Shown here: one piece after another, positions 33,814-45,806 of the stretch
Numbering within the stretch: position 1 is the stretch's first letter
Layout of the letters: every line of letters begins with the position of its first letter
NCBI GenBank assembly: GCA_963723235.1
Contig: CAVRPV010000019.1
Span: 84,064 to 148,063, forward strand
Length of the DNA stretch: 64,000 nucleotides
Direction: 5' to 3'
Source: an uncultured delta proteobacterium
Lineage (GTDB): Bacteria > Desulfobacterota > WTBG01 > CAIYCZ01 > CAIRTM01
The notes under the pieces: model-generated
The model's input: the letters and a program-made list of their open reading frames with translations, nothing else
The model's database searches: none
What the model was told of the DNA's origin: nothing
Made by a program: the position numbers and the translations under genes

Positions 33814-34032
33814 CTACTTATTCTCCAGCCACTGACGAACTTTCTCCAGCTTCGGGTTTTTAAGCCACTCTTCAACCTCAGCCTCTTCCACTTCGGTCTG
33901 CTCGGCCGCCGTGAGCATATCAATATCATCCTTGTCCTCAAGCCAGTGAACAAGCTCATCAAGGGCTTCCATTCTCTCAATGAGGTCACGGTCCTTCATT
34001 CTCTGTGCACTCTCCATTGATATAACCCGCAT
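33814..34032 (-). CDS. Small acidic hypothetical protein
   Basis: 72-aa ORF only. Confidence 0.3.
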   Translation of the reverse strand: MRVISMESAQRMKDRDLIERMEALDELVHWLEDKDDIDMLTAAEQTEVEEAEVEEWLKNPKLEKVRQWLENK

Positions 34033-34532
34033 TACAATAATGCTCCTTTTGAATCCAGCGGCTTGTTTAATACATTTAGTTTATCGGTGTGCCACATCGA
34101 AAAATTAGCACTATTGTCAGCATATCTAAAAAAAATTTTTTATATAAATACTTGAAAAAACTTATCAATTTTGCTATTTTGCAAATATATGCAAATGTTA
34201 CCTGAGATGCGGCAGTGATTTGATTGTTGCAATAAATAAAATTTGCAAAATATGGCAAGAGTCTGCATAATTAACGTAGTTTATTATCAAATATCGCTTT
34301 ATAACTCTTTAAAAAAACATACTTGCAGGTCTCTATTATATGAATTTGTGTTCTTTTAAATTCAATCAAACCGCCAGAAGCCATGACGCCGCTTCCCGAT
34401 TCATTGAGCTGATAGCTCGCGAACAATGCCAACCCGGCGATCATCTCCCGTATAGTGCCCCCAGCCGGACACACATGATTACAAAAAGCACACTACAGCT
34501 GCAGGCTAATAAAGCCCGCCCCGGATACGCGC

Positions 34533-35138
34533 ATGGATATTGAAATTCGATTGAGCCAGTTTGAGGAGGCAATCTCCTGGACGGCAATTTTCGGCAATGC
34601 CAACCCGGTTACATGCGAAATCGGCAGCGGCAAAGGCCGCTTTCTCATCAGCAGCGCTGCCGCGAATTCTGAAATCAACTATCTCGGCATTGAGCGTGCG
34701 GCAAAATATCATCGCCTTATCCGCCAGAGAGTTGAGCGGCTGGGCCTCACAAATGTCCGTCTGCTCAATACTGATGCAGCTCATTTTGTGCAAACCTATG
34801 TCCCGTCTATGTCGGTGCACAGATATTACATTTTGTTCCCGGACCCGTGGCCCAAAAAGCGCCACCGCAAGCGGCGCCTTGTAACAGAGGCATTTCTTGA
34901 TCACCTGCTGTCGACGCTTGCACCCGGCGGAAGCATTCACTACAAAACCGATTATCTTGATTATTTTGAGCAGATGCTCAGCGTGTCCCGGGCACGCACT
35001 GATCTTCTTGAACTACAGTGCCGCACGATCACGCCTGATCAGGCCGACCCTGAAGCGGCAGACACAAACTTTGAGCGCAAGTACCTGATCCAGGGCCGTC
35101 TAATTTACGCTGCGGATTATCAAAAAATTTCTGCGTAA
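34533..35138 (+). CDS. trmB: tRNA (guanine46-N7)-methyltransferase
   Basis: FPDPWPKKRHRKRR plus SAM-binding motifs. Confidence 0.9.
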   Translation: MDIEIRLSQFEEAISWTAIFGNANPVTCEIGSGKGRFLISSAAANSEINYLGIERAAKYHRLIRQRVERLGLTNVRLLNTDAAHFVQTYVPSMSVHRYYILFPDPWPKKRHRKRRLVTEAFLDHLLSTLAPGGSIHYKTDYLDYFEQMLSVSRARTDLLELQCRTITPDQADPEAADTNFERKYLIQGRLIYAADYQKISA

Positions 35139-35383
35139 CGTCATTGCCTTTACCAACGCACCTTGAATCCGAACCGCCCTGTGTTGCACAAACGACGCCA
35201 CCTGTTTTCAACACTCCCACGCGCAAAACAAATCACCGGTTGTTTTATGGGGTAAATATTGCTATAGTTTTTCAGGCTGAACGCCTATAACACCACTACA
35301 AAAAAACCGCAGCGGCCGTGCAAAGGCCTGGGATATTTTTCAGTCGCCGGCTTTCAAAACCGCCGGACAGGGGAGCAACAGCT

Positions 35384-36364
35384 ATGATTCTTATAACCGG
35401 GGCATGCGGATTTATCGGCAGCGCGCTGGCCTGCGCACTCAACAGGAAAGGCGACAGTGATCTTGTGCTGTGCGACCGCTTCGGGCAGCATGAAAAATGG
35501 CAAAACCTGCTGGGGGTGTCTTTCCGCAGATTCATCCATTGCGACCAGCTGTTTGATTTCCTGGGAAGCGAGCATAATGCCCGGCAGCTGAGAGCCATTG
35601 TGCATCTGGGGGCCTGTTCTGACACAACGCAGACCGATATGGACTACCTGCTCGAAAACAACGTTAATTTTTCAATCAGGCTGTGCCAGTGGGCCCTTGA
35701 TAATGATGTGCGCTTTGTATACGCGTCCTCGGCCGCTACCTACGGTGACGGCAGCCAGGGGTTCAGCGATGCCGACGAGGTAACCCCGCAGCTCAGACCG
35801 CTCAACAAGTACGGGTTTTCCAAATGGCTTTTCGATATGTGGGTGCTGCAAAACGCCCATCAACACCGCATTGCCGGACTGCGCTATTTCAATGTATACG
35901 GGCCCAATGAATACCATAAAGGCGCCATGGCCAGCGTGATTTTTCGCACACTCCCGCAGGCCCTGAGCGACGGCAGGATCCGCTTGTTCGAATCACATCG
36001 CAGCGACTGTGCTCACGGTGAACAGGCCCGCGATTTTATCTACATTGACGAAATTATCGACATAACCTGCTTTGTGCTGCAAAACCGTCAGGCAAACGGC
36101 ATCTTCAACGCCGGCACCGGCCGGGCCCATACCTTTAACGAGCTGGCGCACGGTATTTTTGACGGGCTGGGCAAAAAACCGGTCATCGAATATTTCCCCA
36201 TGCCTGAGGAGCTGCGCGGACGCTATCAGTATTTTACCCGGGCGGACATGAACCGCCTGCAGCAGGCCGGGTACACGCCCGGGCCTGACCGCTTCCGGGA
36301 ATTCGTCGCCCGCTATGTCAGGGACTATCTTGTTCCGGGATGCAGGTATTACGCCCAGGTCTGA
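35384..36364 (+). CDS. hldD: ADP-L-glycero-D-manno-heptose 6-epimerase
   Basis: MILITGACGFIGS, YASSAATYG, YGFSK, FNVYGPNEYHKGAMAS. Confidence 0.85.
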   Translation: MILITGACGFIGSALACALNRKGDSDLVLCDRFGQHEKWQNLLGVSFRRFIHCDQLFDFLGSEHNARQLRAIVHLGACSDTTQTDMDYLLENNVNFSIRLCQWALDNDVRFVYASSAATYGDGSQGFSDADEVTPQLRPLNKYGFSKWLFDMWVLQNAHQHRIAGLRYFNVYGPNEYHKGAMASVIFRTLPQALSDGRIRLFESHRSDCAHGEQARDFIYIDEIIDITCFVLQNRQANGIFNAGTGRAHTFNELAHGIFDGLGKKPVIEYFPMPEELRGRYQYFTRADMNRLQQAGYTPGPDRFREFVARYVRDYLVPGCRYYAQV

Positions 36365-36457
36365 TCAGCAGAACACCGAAAAACCACATGGCGGCTTTAC
36401 AAAGCCGCCTTTTTTTAACAGGCCACACGGTCGTTGACCTGTGAACGGAGACACATC

Positions 36458-37282
36458 ATGGGACTAAACGTACAGGAAGCTAAAAAAATTTTCGACCGGG
36501 CTGTCGCCGAATCCGGTACGGCTGAAATAAACCTGTATGACCAGCTGATCAACTCCATCGGCACAGACGATACCCCTGAGCTGCAGGCACTGAGCGCCAA
36601 GGCACGCCTTAATAAAGGTATCAGCCTCGCGCAGCAGGGCAAGCTGCAGGATGCCCTCAATGTTTTTGAAGCCCTTCAGCGTTCATGCGCTGATTCGACG
36701 CAGCTCGCCATACGCTCGCTTGCGGCTGCGGCCATGGTTAACCGGGGCTTTGTGCTGGCCCTGCAGCAAAACACTTTGCAGGCCCTGGCCGCCTACGATG
36801 ACGTTGTTGACCGCTTCGGAGATGCTGATGAGATCGAGCTGCAGGAACAGGTTGCCAAGGCCCTGGTTAACAAGGCCTGCACGTTTGCGCGCAGCAACCG
36901 CAGCACTGAGGAATACGTTGTTTTTAATGACATCATGCGCCGCTTTGCAGACGCCGGAGACAACCGGCTGCGGCTGCTGGTTGCAAAAGCACAGCATAAC
37001 CGCGCACTGGCCCTTGATAAAATGGGCAGCACTGCAGAAGCGGATGCAATCCTGGAATCAATCGCTGAGCAGTTCTGGCAATCCGGGCAAAGCGAACTCA
37101 AGGAGCAGGTAATCCACGCCCTCGCACAGAAAGCAGCCCTGCAGGCCCGCCGCGGCAACCGCAACGAGGCCAATGACATCTATGACCGGATTTTAAACCA
37201 CTACGCAGATGACCCTGACCAGACACTCAAAGAACACCTTGACCGCGTCCGCTTCAACCGCGGTTTCAGTTATCACTTTTAA
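36458..37282 (+). CDS. Hypothetical helical-repeat (TPR-like) protein
   Basis: Repetitive Ala/Leu-rich helical pairs. No catalytic motif. Confidence 0.4.
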   Translation: MGLNVQEAKKIFDRAVAESGTAEINLYDQLINSIGTDDTPELQALSAKARLNKGISLAQQGKLQDALNVFEALQRSCADSTQLAIRSLAAAAMVNRGFVLALQQNTLQALAAYDDVVDRFGDADEIELQEQVAKALVNKACTFARSNRSTEEYVVFNDIMRRFADAGDNRLRLLVAKAQHNRALALDKMGSTAEADAILESIAEQFWQSGQSELKEQVIHALAQKAALQARRGNRNEANDIYDRILNHYADDPDQTLKEHLDRVRFNRGFSYHF

Positions 37283-37491
37283 CAGGCTGTCGAAAAGCTC
37301 TCATCTCCTGCTATTTTAAGAAATGAACTTGCTCTATCAGGGCCTTGAAAAGTCTTCTTCTAAAGGCTGTTTAAAAATGTGCAGATGCAGACGCGCGATT
37401 TCATGAGGAATGAGGCTACTTATCGTACGCCGCAGTGACGAATGATGAGTGAACGCAGCAGATGTCCTTTAACAGCCTGATAACACCTGCC

Positions 37492-38037
37492 CTATTGTTT
37501 AATCGGCCCGAACTGCGCGCGTATTCCATTGGCCGCGGCCATGAGATCCTTTGAAATCACGAACAGCGGGCTGCATTGACCGGTCGAGATTCCAAGGACC
37601 CCTGCGGTGGCGCTGAGACTTCCGCGCTGCCGGTACAAAAGATCAAGCATGGCTGCGCAAAAAAGCGCATAGCGCTCATTCTTAGGATTCATTCTTCTAA
37701 CAGAGGGTTTAAAATACGGCAGCAGTTCTTCCGGCAGATTCCAGCCGTGTTCAGGACTCACGCGCAGGCGCAGGGCCAGCAGGATTTTCAAACGGCGCAG
37801 GGCACGCGCGCGGTTTTCATGCTGCGAGCGGCTTTCTTCGGCAACAACAGACAGCCCGGTCGGCTTATGCGTTACGCGCACAGCGCTATAGGTCCGGTTG
37901 CGTTTCTGCCCGCCCGGGCCGGAGGCGGTATACGCATCAAAAGCGCATTGCTTCAGGAATTCAGGATCCGTTAATGTCAAAAACGGGTATGCACCCTGCT
38001 CGGTGATAATGGACACCTCGCCATAGGCAATTATCAC
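37492..38037 (-). CDS. RF-1-domain (GGQ-motif) peptidyl-tRNA hydrolase, ArfB/YaeJ-like
   Basis: [25 protein letters not shown] with a basic C-terminal tail. Confidence 0.7.
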   Translation of the reverse strand: MIIAYGEVSIITEQGAYPFLTLTDPEFLKQCAFDAYTASGPGGQKRNRTYSAVRVTHKPTGLSVVAEESRSQHENRARALRRLKILLALRLRVSPEHGWNLPEELLPYFKPSVRRMNPKNERYALFCAAMLDLLYRQRGSLSATAGVLGISTGQCSPLFVISKDLMAAANGIRAQFGPIKQ

Positions 38038-38189
38038 AATCAGTGTAACAATAATCTTTCAGTCATGAGCACCTGGCACACTATACCATTAGCAATATCA
38101 GCGATCTTGCAAAAAACCCGACAAGCGGTCCGCTACAGTTTCGGACCCTTCTGGCAGGCATCTATAATACAATCATTTGCCTGCCTTTC

Positions 38190-38227
38190 CAAATAAAAAA
38201 AGGCAGGGCCGTGTGGGGGCCCTGCCT
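38190..38227 (-). terminator. Rho-independent terminator for the giant minus-strand gene
   Basis: Hairpin AGGCAGGGCC-GTGTGG-GGCCCTGCCT followed, on the minus strand, by T9. Confidence 0.7.
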
Positions 38228-38269
38228 TCTGTTGTTACCCGTTTATACTGCCTGGTATTACTGCCGGCT

Positions 38270-38960
38270 AACCTTAAAATAGTATATCCGGTGAGTACGT
38301 CCGCTGACCGGCGCAATCGGTTACAGCAAACCGGAAGTCATACGTCACGCCGTTCTGCAGGCTCTCTACCGGCAGATGTGCCCGGGCACTTCCCTTGGCC
38401 TCATTGACCGTAACGGCGAAGCGCTGTCCAGTTGCTCCCGCCAGCCACTTGGTACTCGGCACCGTGCGTACACAGCACCAGAACAGGATACATAATCATC
38501 GCTGAATGTCCACAGCACATCATAATTTACATCCAGTCAACGGCGCTTTCAGCCGATGGTCGGCAGCAGCGGCCAGACCCTGCTGCCAGAAACGGACCGG
38601 CGGTGATTACCGGCGGGGCATCAAGGCGCACACCTTGAAATAGTATGATGCCGGTGAGTTGTCCGCTGACCAGCGCAATCGGTTACTGCAAACCGGAAGG
38701 CATATGTGCCGTTCTGCAGGCTCCCTACCGGCAGCGTAACCCGGGCAGTGCCCTTGGCAACATTGACTGTAACACCAAGCGCTGTCCAGCTGCTGCCGCC
38801 GACTACCTGGTACTCGGCAACGTGCGTGCATGCTCCCGAACATGATGCAAAATCATCGCTGAAGGTCCACAGCACGTCATAATTTGCATCAAGATACAAG
38901 GGCGCTCTCAGGCGATGTCGGCAGCAGCGGCCACGCGCCTGCCGCCAGAAACGGACCGGC
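38270..38960 (+). repeat. Diverged tandem duplication of about 340 bp (2 copies) encoding the repeated C-terminal domain of the giant protein
   Basis: 38270-38600 and 38630-38960 align at about 75-80% identity. On the minus strand both encode ..YDVLWTFSDDF.SCSGAC..L(P)V.SLQNG.(T)Y.FRFAVTDCAGQRT. Confidence 0.75.
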
Positions 38961-41900
38961 GGTGACGCAGGGGGATTGTCTACTACAACCGGTACGCACG
39001 CACCATCCACGCACTCATAGCCTTCGGCACAGTTTTCATTGCCCAGACACGCAACGCACTGATCGTTGTCCTCGTTGCAGTATTCGCCCTCACCACAGGG
39101 CGATGAGCCCGCAACGCAGGCGCCTTCAACACACGTTTCTGCGCCGTTGCAGTACAGACCGTCCTCGCACTCGCTGTCAGCCTGACACAGGCGCTTCCAG
39201 ATAAACACCGAGCCCGAACTGTTGTTCTTGGCGAGCTGGTGTCATAAACAGTTGCCAGCGACCTCCAGTCTGCCATCATTGTCAAGATCATAGAGCTGCA
39301 CATCGGCTGACATGCTGGCCTGCATTATCCCACAGGGCAGCGCGCCTGAAGGTCAGGCAACCAGCTGGCTTCCTCCGCCTGATAATAATACACGGCCCCG
39401 CGCCCGTCACCGGCAACCACCATGTCGCTGAGCGACATCCCCGTTAATATCCCCCACCGCTGCAAAACCGGGAGAGCCCTGGCTGTACGGCCCGCCGGTG
39501 CGGTCGACTTTATAGGCATCGCCCGTGTCAATGGCCACCGGCGCCCAGTTCGCAGTGTCATAGGGATCATCGGGAATACTCAGGTAATACACGCCTGAAG
39601 GCCAGATCCGGTATTGCGCATACACGGGCGGGGTATTATCGGGACGTGTATGCAGGCTTATACTCCTGATGGTTATGGCTCGTAAAAATTATCTCATCTA
39701 TACCGTCATTGGTGATATCGGCAGGGAAAGCCAGAAAGCCTTTACCCATAGGATTGGGAGATGTGTACCAGTTGTCAATGGTATAGCGTTCCCAGGCCAT
39801 ATTCGGATCTGAAGCAAGCGCTGCCGGGCCGGGATTTTTGAACCACATCAGGCTGTCGCCATGCGGATTACTGCCATCGGGACTACCCTTGATGTCAGGG
39901 TACCGGGTTCGGTAATAAAAAACTGGGGCCCGAGTATATCAAGCAGCCCGTCGTCGTCAACGTCGGCCATGTCAAACAGAAATCCCGCGCCGTCACCAAT
40001 AGCATACGGGCCGGAGAAACCGGAAGGATACGCAACCCGGTCGGTTTCTGCCCTGAACCACTCGGTCCACTGGTACTGCCTGTCGTACAGCGGACTCGTG
40101 GACCTTGTGCTGCCAGATGTACATCGAAATGCTGCTTGTTACAAAATCTTCACGCCCGTCGCCGTCAAGATCAAGGAAATATGCCTGATGAAAGGATGCA
40201 ATTGCCTTGGCCCAGAGATATTCATTATCAGGCCGTGATCGTCCCAGGTCGTATCGCCTTCGTAAATCGTAATCTTCTGCCAGTTGGCCGGGTCGGTAAC
40301 ATCGCCGCCCAGGTTTTTGAGGTAAAAGACCCCTCCGGGGAAATTCGGTAAATGCGCCTGCCAGAAAATTATCAAATACCATGATGTCCACTTCACCGTC
40401 GCCGTCAACATCCCGAATCAGCATATCATTGGCCCAGGCAAAATCAGCGCGGATGACCGACTGCGTCCATGTGCTCAGATCCTCGCTGGTACGCTTAAAA
40501 ACAGCCACAGCTCCATCCTTTACCGCATAAGTTCCAGACGCTCCCGTGACCGATGTGACAACAATTTCCTTTGTTGCCATCCCCGTCCAGATCACCGGCT
40601 CTCAGGAATGAGGCCCCTATAAATCCCGGCAGGGTTGGGGTCAGGTCCGGGCAGCTCCGTTGTAATACCCGTTACTGTATAGCGCTGAAATTCGCCTGCA
40701 AGATCCTGATCCGCTGTGACGTTCACGCAGGGCTCTTCCGCCAGGCGAAAAATTTTTGCTCCGCCCAGCGACTGGGGTCGCGCTTGCTCCTTTGCTGCCG
40801 GACACGTACAGCGTGCCGCCGAAATCGGTAAAAGCCTCAAAGTTGATAATGTTGCTGTCACCAAACCCGTCAGCGGTCACCGGTGTCCAGGTCAGCCCAT
40901 TGGTGGTCCTCCAGATCTGGGCTCCCTTGAGCTGGCTTATATCAGCGGGAATATTGTATTCTGGTGCGTACTGGCTTATGGTTCCGCCATACAGCTTGTC
41001 CCTGAACGTGAACAGGTTGACCGCAAGGTTCTGGTAGCTGGTCGTGCCGGGATATTGATATGCATCGAACCCGTTGAGATAATTTGAGGTCCCAAGCGGA
41101 TCGGTATAGCCTGTGGCAACATTTCCTGTACCAACGCTGTAGAACCACCGGCCGTCACCATTCATATCCTTGACAATGGGAGTGCCGTCAGGCTTTTCAG
41201 GGAACAGATACGGTGCCCTGAGCACTCTGCAACCTTCACCGCTGACGCCCACCATGAGCTCATCATTGAAAGCTGCAAGGCTCCAGGGCATAAAATTGAT
41301 TTTTATTGGTGGTGCATGTAGATGGACTGCCGAATCCGTTTTCATTGGATCCGGTTGTGTTCGTTGTATCAGCAGCGTTGTCAACAATCAGCTCCCAGCC
41401 GCTTGCGGTGAGCCTGGCCATGCGCGCGCAGCCGCCCAGTTGCCGCGTAGCGCCGGTGCCGCCGGCATACAGCACCGGCGTTCCAGAAACGGAGAAACAA
41501 CCAGATCGGTAATACTGGTTGAAACCGGCTTCGATTGCCGGGGTAAGCTGTCGATGTATGAAAATTGCCGAAGCTGTGATTTGTATAGGGCTCTACCGTG
41601 TCGCGAATCGATCTGGTCACCTCCAGGTATCGCCGTCAGCGGTATACCAGATCTGACCGCCGTATTTATAATTAAGGCCGGTGCTGACATACAGTTTGCC
41701 TTCGAAAATACGCATGGCCGTAATGGTCTTATTCCAGGCTGGCCAAATCCGTTTTGCTGGTGCCCATGGCAACATCATAGCTGTCATCCGACCGCTAATC
41801 GCGCCAAGCGTATATGAATACATCGGGAAGGGGTTATCCCATGTTTCCGGCATCACAGACTCGTATAGATCATTCGGCGTATATGTCCAGCGTCTTCATT

Positions 41901-42604
41901 CTGCTGAATTGTAAGAGTCGTTGCCGTATTGCCTATAATGTCAAATTTACGAAATTTCCCGTTGCCTGAAGTTATCCGCAGAATACCGCCGGCCCATTCA
42001 TTAGCTGCCCAGTTCTTGGTGGTGTCGGTAAAAAAGGCCTGCGTATTACCGTCACCCCGCTGCGCAGCCTGCAATTGCGCTAATGGTTCCGGAATCGTCG
42101 GCAACACCAGGATTACTGTCGGAAATCACCGGCTCCCATGTTGTTCCGTCATAGCGCCAGATTTCGCAGCCGGTAGAACCGAGATAGTTGCCCTGCAGGC
42201 CGGAAGAAAACCCGAAATAGAGCTTGTCCTTAAAAACAATCATGCGGCCCCAGACATTGTTGATCCAGGTGTTGCCGTAAACGCCGTTAGTCGCGCCATC
42301 CGGAAACAGCACCTGCTCCCAGCCGCCGCTACCTCGTGCGCCAGACCTCCGTGCCCTCGACCTTGTTGCGGGTCATGGCATACAGGCTGCCCTGATACTC
42401 GGCCATCGCTACAACCGACATATTATTCGTGTTTTCAAACCCAGGTAGAGATACCTGCTCCCACACTGATCCGTCAGTCGCAATTATCTGGTCTTCGACT
42501 GCGTCAGGTATGTTCAGCTGAGCAGACGCCAAAGCGCCGCTAAAAAGCATAACAGCCATGCATACTGATGCTATTAACCCAACATGCTTCTTTCTGGCTT
42601 CCAT
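38274..42604 (-). CDS. Giant secreted surface protein(s) of about 1400 aa with a signal peptide, beta-propeller-like repeats, FG-GAP/VCBS repeats, an EGF-like Cys-rich stalk and a tandem pair of C-terminal beta-sandwich-like domains; at least 12 frame changes
   Basis: Signal peptide MEARKKHVGLIASVCMAVMLFSGALASA at 42604. Recurrent ..IWR(Y/T)..G..W.. units (41.4-42.5 kb). DxDGDG motifs (DVDGDGEVDIMVF, FLDLDGDGREDFV) at 39.4-40.6 kb. CEDGLYCNGAETCVEGAC..CVAC..CAEGYECVDGAC at about 39.0-39.2 kb. Whether this is one gene or two cannot be resolved. Confidence 0.55.
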
Positions 42605-42812
42605 TACCGCACCTCCTGTTTTGATTGTTGTATTTATGCAACACTATTTATATTTATTAACTATTCATACTTATTATTATGACATACTTTCTGACACACG
42701 GCAATAATTTGCAAAGTTATATTACAAAATACATGCCAAAAAATTAAATAAAATTTTCATTAGATTTTTCAACAAATTATGAATCAATGACCTAAAAACG
42801 AAAGATGGCTGT

Positions 42813-42834
42813 TGTGTAAACTTTAACTTACACA
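42813..42834 (+). promoter_or_regulatory. Perfect inverted repeat TGTGTAA-N8-TTACACA; candidate enhancer-binding-protein site
   Basis: Lies in the AT-rich 345-bp region between the sigma-54 response regulator gene and the giant gene start. Confidence 0.4.
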
Positions 42835-42893
42835 TTCAACATTAATTGAATGCAATTATTTGATTTAATTTATTTTTCCTAAAAATACGCGTT

Positions 42894-42911
42894 TTGCAAA
42901 CTTAAGTTTAC
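42894..42911 (+). promoter_or_regulatory. Near-perfect 18-bp palindrome TGCAAACTTAAGTTTACA
   Basis: Contains GTTTACAC, which is the reverse complement of GTGTAAAC in the upstream palindrome. Two related dyad sites about 80 bp apart is a typical arrangement for NtrC-type regulators. Confidence 0.4.
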
Positions 42912-43019
42912 ACCTGTCCTTCTTTCAGGCCATACCGCCTTATTTTTTTGTACAATGCCACCCTTGATATTTTCAAGGCCATTGCTGCCCGTGTATGGTT
43001 ATAATTATGCATTTAAAAC

Positions 43020-44400
43020 CCTGACGATGATATCGCTTTCAAACTCTCGCGCGAGCATCCCGAAGCGGGTCCTCCGAATCGAGCAACCCGGTAATATCAT
43101 CCGGAAGCATCAGATACAATGCGGTAAGTCGGACTGGTTTCGAGCTGCAGAGAATTCCTCAGTTCCGCCGCCCACCAGACATGTCCGCTCAAGCATATTC
43201 TGCAGTTCGCGCACATTGCCGGGATAGGCATATTGCAGAAAAAAAGTCATGTCTTTCTGGGAAAGACATGCGGGGCCGTATTATGCTTTTTGGCATATTC
43301 ATCCAGAAAATGCTCAATAAGCAGCGGAATGTCTTCGCGGCGCTTGCGCAGCGGGGGCAGATGGATAGGAATAATATGGATGCGAAAATACAGATCTTCT
43401 CTGAAATTACCGCTGAGCACCTCGTCCTTAAGATTTTTATTGGTGGCCACGATGATGCGTGCATCGACCCTGGAAACAGTCGAACTGCCAACCCGCATAA
43501 ACTCTCCGTGTTCAAGCACACGCAAAAGCTTGACCTGCATATGCAGGACGCATTTCACCGATTTCATCCAGAAACAGGGTGCCGCCGTCGGCTTCCTGAA
43601 AAAAGCCCCTGGCATCCCTCACCGCCCCGGTAAAAGCGCCTTTCACATGACCGAAAAACTCGCTTTCCATGAGAGCGGATGGAATCGCGCCGCAGTTAAC
43701 CGCCATAAACGGCCCCTGGCTGCGATTGCTGGCACTGTGAATCGCCCGGGCGACCAGCTCCTTGCCGGTCCCGGTTTCACCCGAAATCAAAACGTGGGAA
43801 TCGCTGTGCTTGATACTCTCAATTAACTGATATACCGCGCGCATGGCAGGGCTGTTGCCGACAATACTGCCGTAAATAGGCGTGCTGTTGAGCCTGCGCG
43901 TAAGCACAACAATCTCTTGTTTCTGCTGATCGGTTTGCCGTTGCAGTGTTTTCAGCCGCAGCACGGCTTTAACACGGGCCAGCAGTTCCAGGGAGTTGAA
44001 CGGCTTGGCGATATAATCATCAGCCCCGGCCTCAAGGCCCTCAACCCGCATGTCCACATCAGCCTTGGCAGTCAGAAAAATAAACGGAATCGTCCTCCAG
44101 CGCTCATTATTTTTAAGCTGCCGCAGCAGCTCATAACCGTCCATGTCCGGCATCATGATATCACTGATAATAAGCTCCGGGAGCATGCTGCTCCAGCAGG
44201 CGCAGTGCCTCCCGCCCGTTTTCAGCTGCCACATAGTCATATTCGGATCGCACGATGCCGGCAATGTAGCGCAGCACATCCCTGTTATCATCGACAATCA
44301 GCAGCAGCGGCCTGCTGCCGCTGATACTGCGAAGATCAGCATGTTCATCAGAGGCCAGCGCGGCTGTTTCAACATCGGCATTCAGTGTAAGTCCCTGCAT
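43020..44400 (-). CDS. Sigma-54-dependent response regulator (REC-AAA+-HTH, NtrC family), frameshifted
   Basis: REC domain (LLLIVDDN.., [12 protein letters not shown]), AAA+ domain ([30 protein letters not shown]) and a segment ..[22 protein letters not shown]... The 3' end is approximate. Confidence 0.8.
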
Positions 44401-45660
44401 GGGCAGGCCTCCGCATCAGCCACAGAAAGGCCGGCTTCGGGCTGCTCAAGCGGCAGATACACACAAAACTGCGATCCGGCTCCCGGCTCGCTTTTTACCG
44501 TTATGGTTCCGTGCATGCTTTCGATAAGCTCCCGGGTATGCGCCAGGCCGATACCGCTGCCGCCGCGCTCAAGAGCCAGGTTTTCACCGGACTGCTTAAA
44601 ACGCTCAAAAACCGTCCTGAGATGCTCGGGTTGAATCCCGATGCCGGTATCGCGTATACACAACCGGACATGGGTTTCAGGAGATAGAGTCTGCTCAACC
44701 GCACGGGTCACAACGGTTTCATCCCCCGGGATACTGGCGGGAGCCCGGGCAAGTTCGACACGTATCGTGCCGCCCTCCGGCGTAAACTTGAAAGCATTGC
44801 CGATCAGGTTAAAAAGCACCTTTTCAAACGACGGGGCGTCAACCGGCACTGCAGGCAGGGACGCTTCCGTCTCAACAACCACGGAAATTTTTTTCTTCGC
44901 GGCGATCACGCTGAAAGCATCAAGCACCGCGCTGGCAATGGCGCCCAGGTCCTTCTTTTCCCAAAACAGATTTGTACTGCCGGACTCAACCATGCTGAAA
45001 TCAAGCAACTGATTGACAAGCTTCAGCAGGTGACGCGAGTTGCGCAGGGCCACGGAAATCTGTTCCTGCATATCCGGGCCAATAGGGCCGAATTCCCCGC
45101 GCAACAAACCCTCCAACGGCCCGATTGCCAGTGTCAGGGGCGTGCGAAATTCATGCGTAATATTGGTAAAAAAACGACTGCGGAACCGATTGGCCTCAAC
45201 TGCTGCCTGGCGCGAAGCGCGCAGGGCTTCCTCAGTGCGCTTACGCTCAACCAGCTCCGCAGTCAGGCGCCTGCCCAAATCACGCAGCCGGCCCAGCGCC
45301 GCGCCTATCAGCAACAGGGCGATCATACCGGCAATTCCAGCGCCCCCAAGCAGCGCATCCGGGGCTTTCAGCCCCGAGATCATATACATGAAGGAAATTC
45401 AAGGGAAAAACCAGAAACGCGGTCAACACCCCGGGCACAAATCCAAAAAGCCAACTTACAGCCGCAACCAGCAGCACAATAGCTGTCGGCCCGCCTGTGC
45501 CGTAGATGTTTTCAAGAAAAATAAAACTGCTTACATATGCGCAGAAGGCAAAGACCACCAGAAGCAAACGGATCCTCACCCCGGCAAAACGGCCGCGCGC
45601 GCGCGGGCTGACAATCTCAGAGCCCGGCTTAGCAGAGATGTTATGTTGGACCTGTTCCAT
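44382..45660 (-). CDS. Membrane sensor histidine kinase (HisKA + HATPase_c) cognate to the sigma-54 response regulator
   Basis: H-box ITHEFRTPLT, N/G boxes (LIGNAFKFT, GGSGIGLAHT), and an N-terminal TM region in the adjacent frame. Overlaps the RR start. Confidence 0.8.
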
Positions 45661-45806
45661 ATCATATCCCGCGGATTTGCATTGGTTTCCCGGCCCTGCG
45701 GATGAACGTAATCCGCTGGAGGAGCAGCGATCATGGCCTTTCAGGCCGCTCTGCGCACAGAAACCACCAGACACATCAATGCTGTCAGCCCCTCAAACCA
45801 GCATAG

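Noticed and set aside
42610-42955. Canonical sigma-54 -24/-12 promoter for the giant gene
   Set aside because: I scanned both strands and found no TGGCAC-N5-TTGCW match in the current sequence. Only the dyad upstream activator-like sites are reported.
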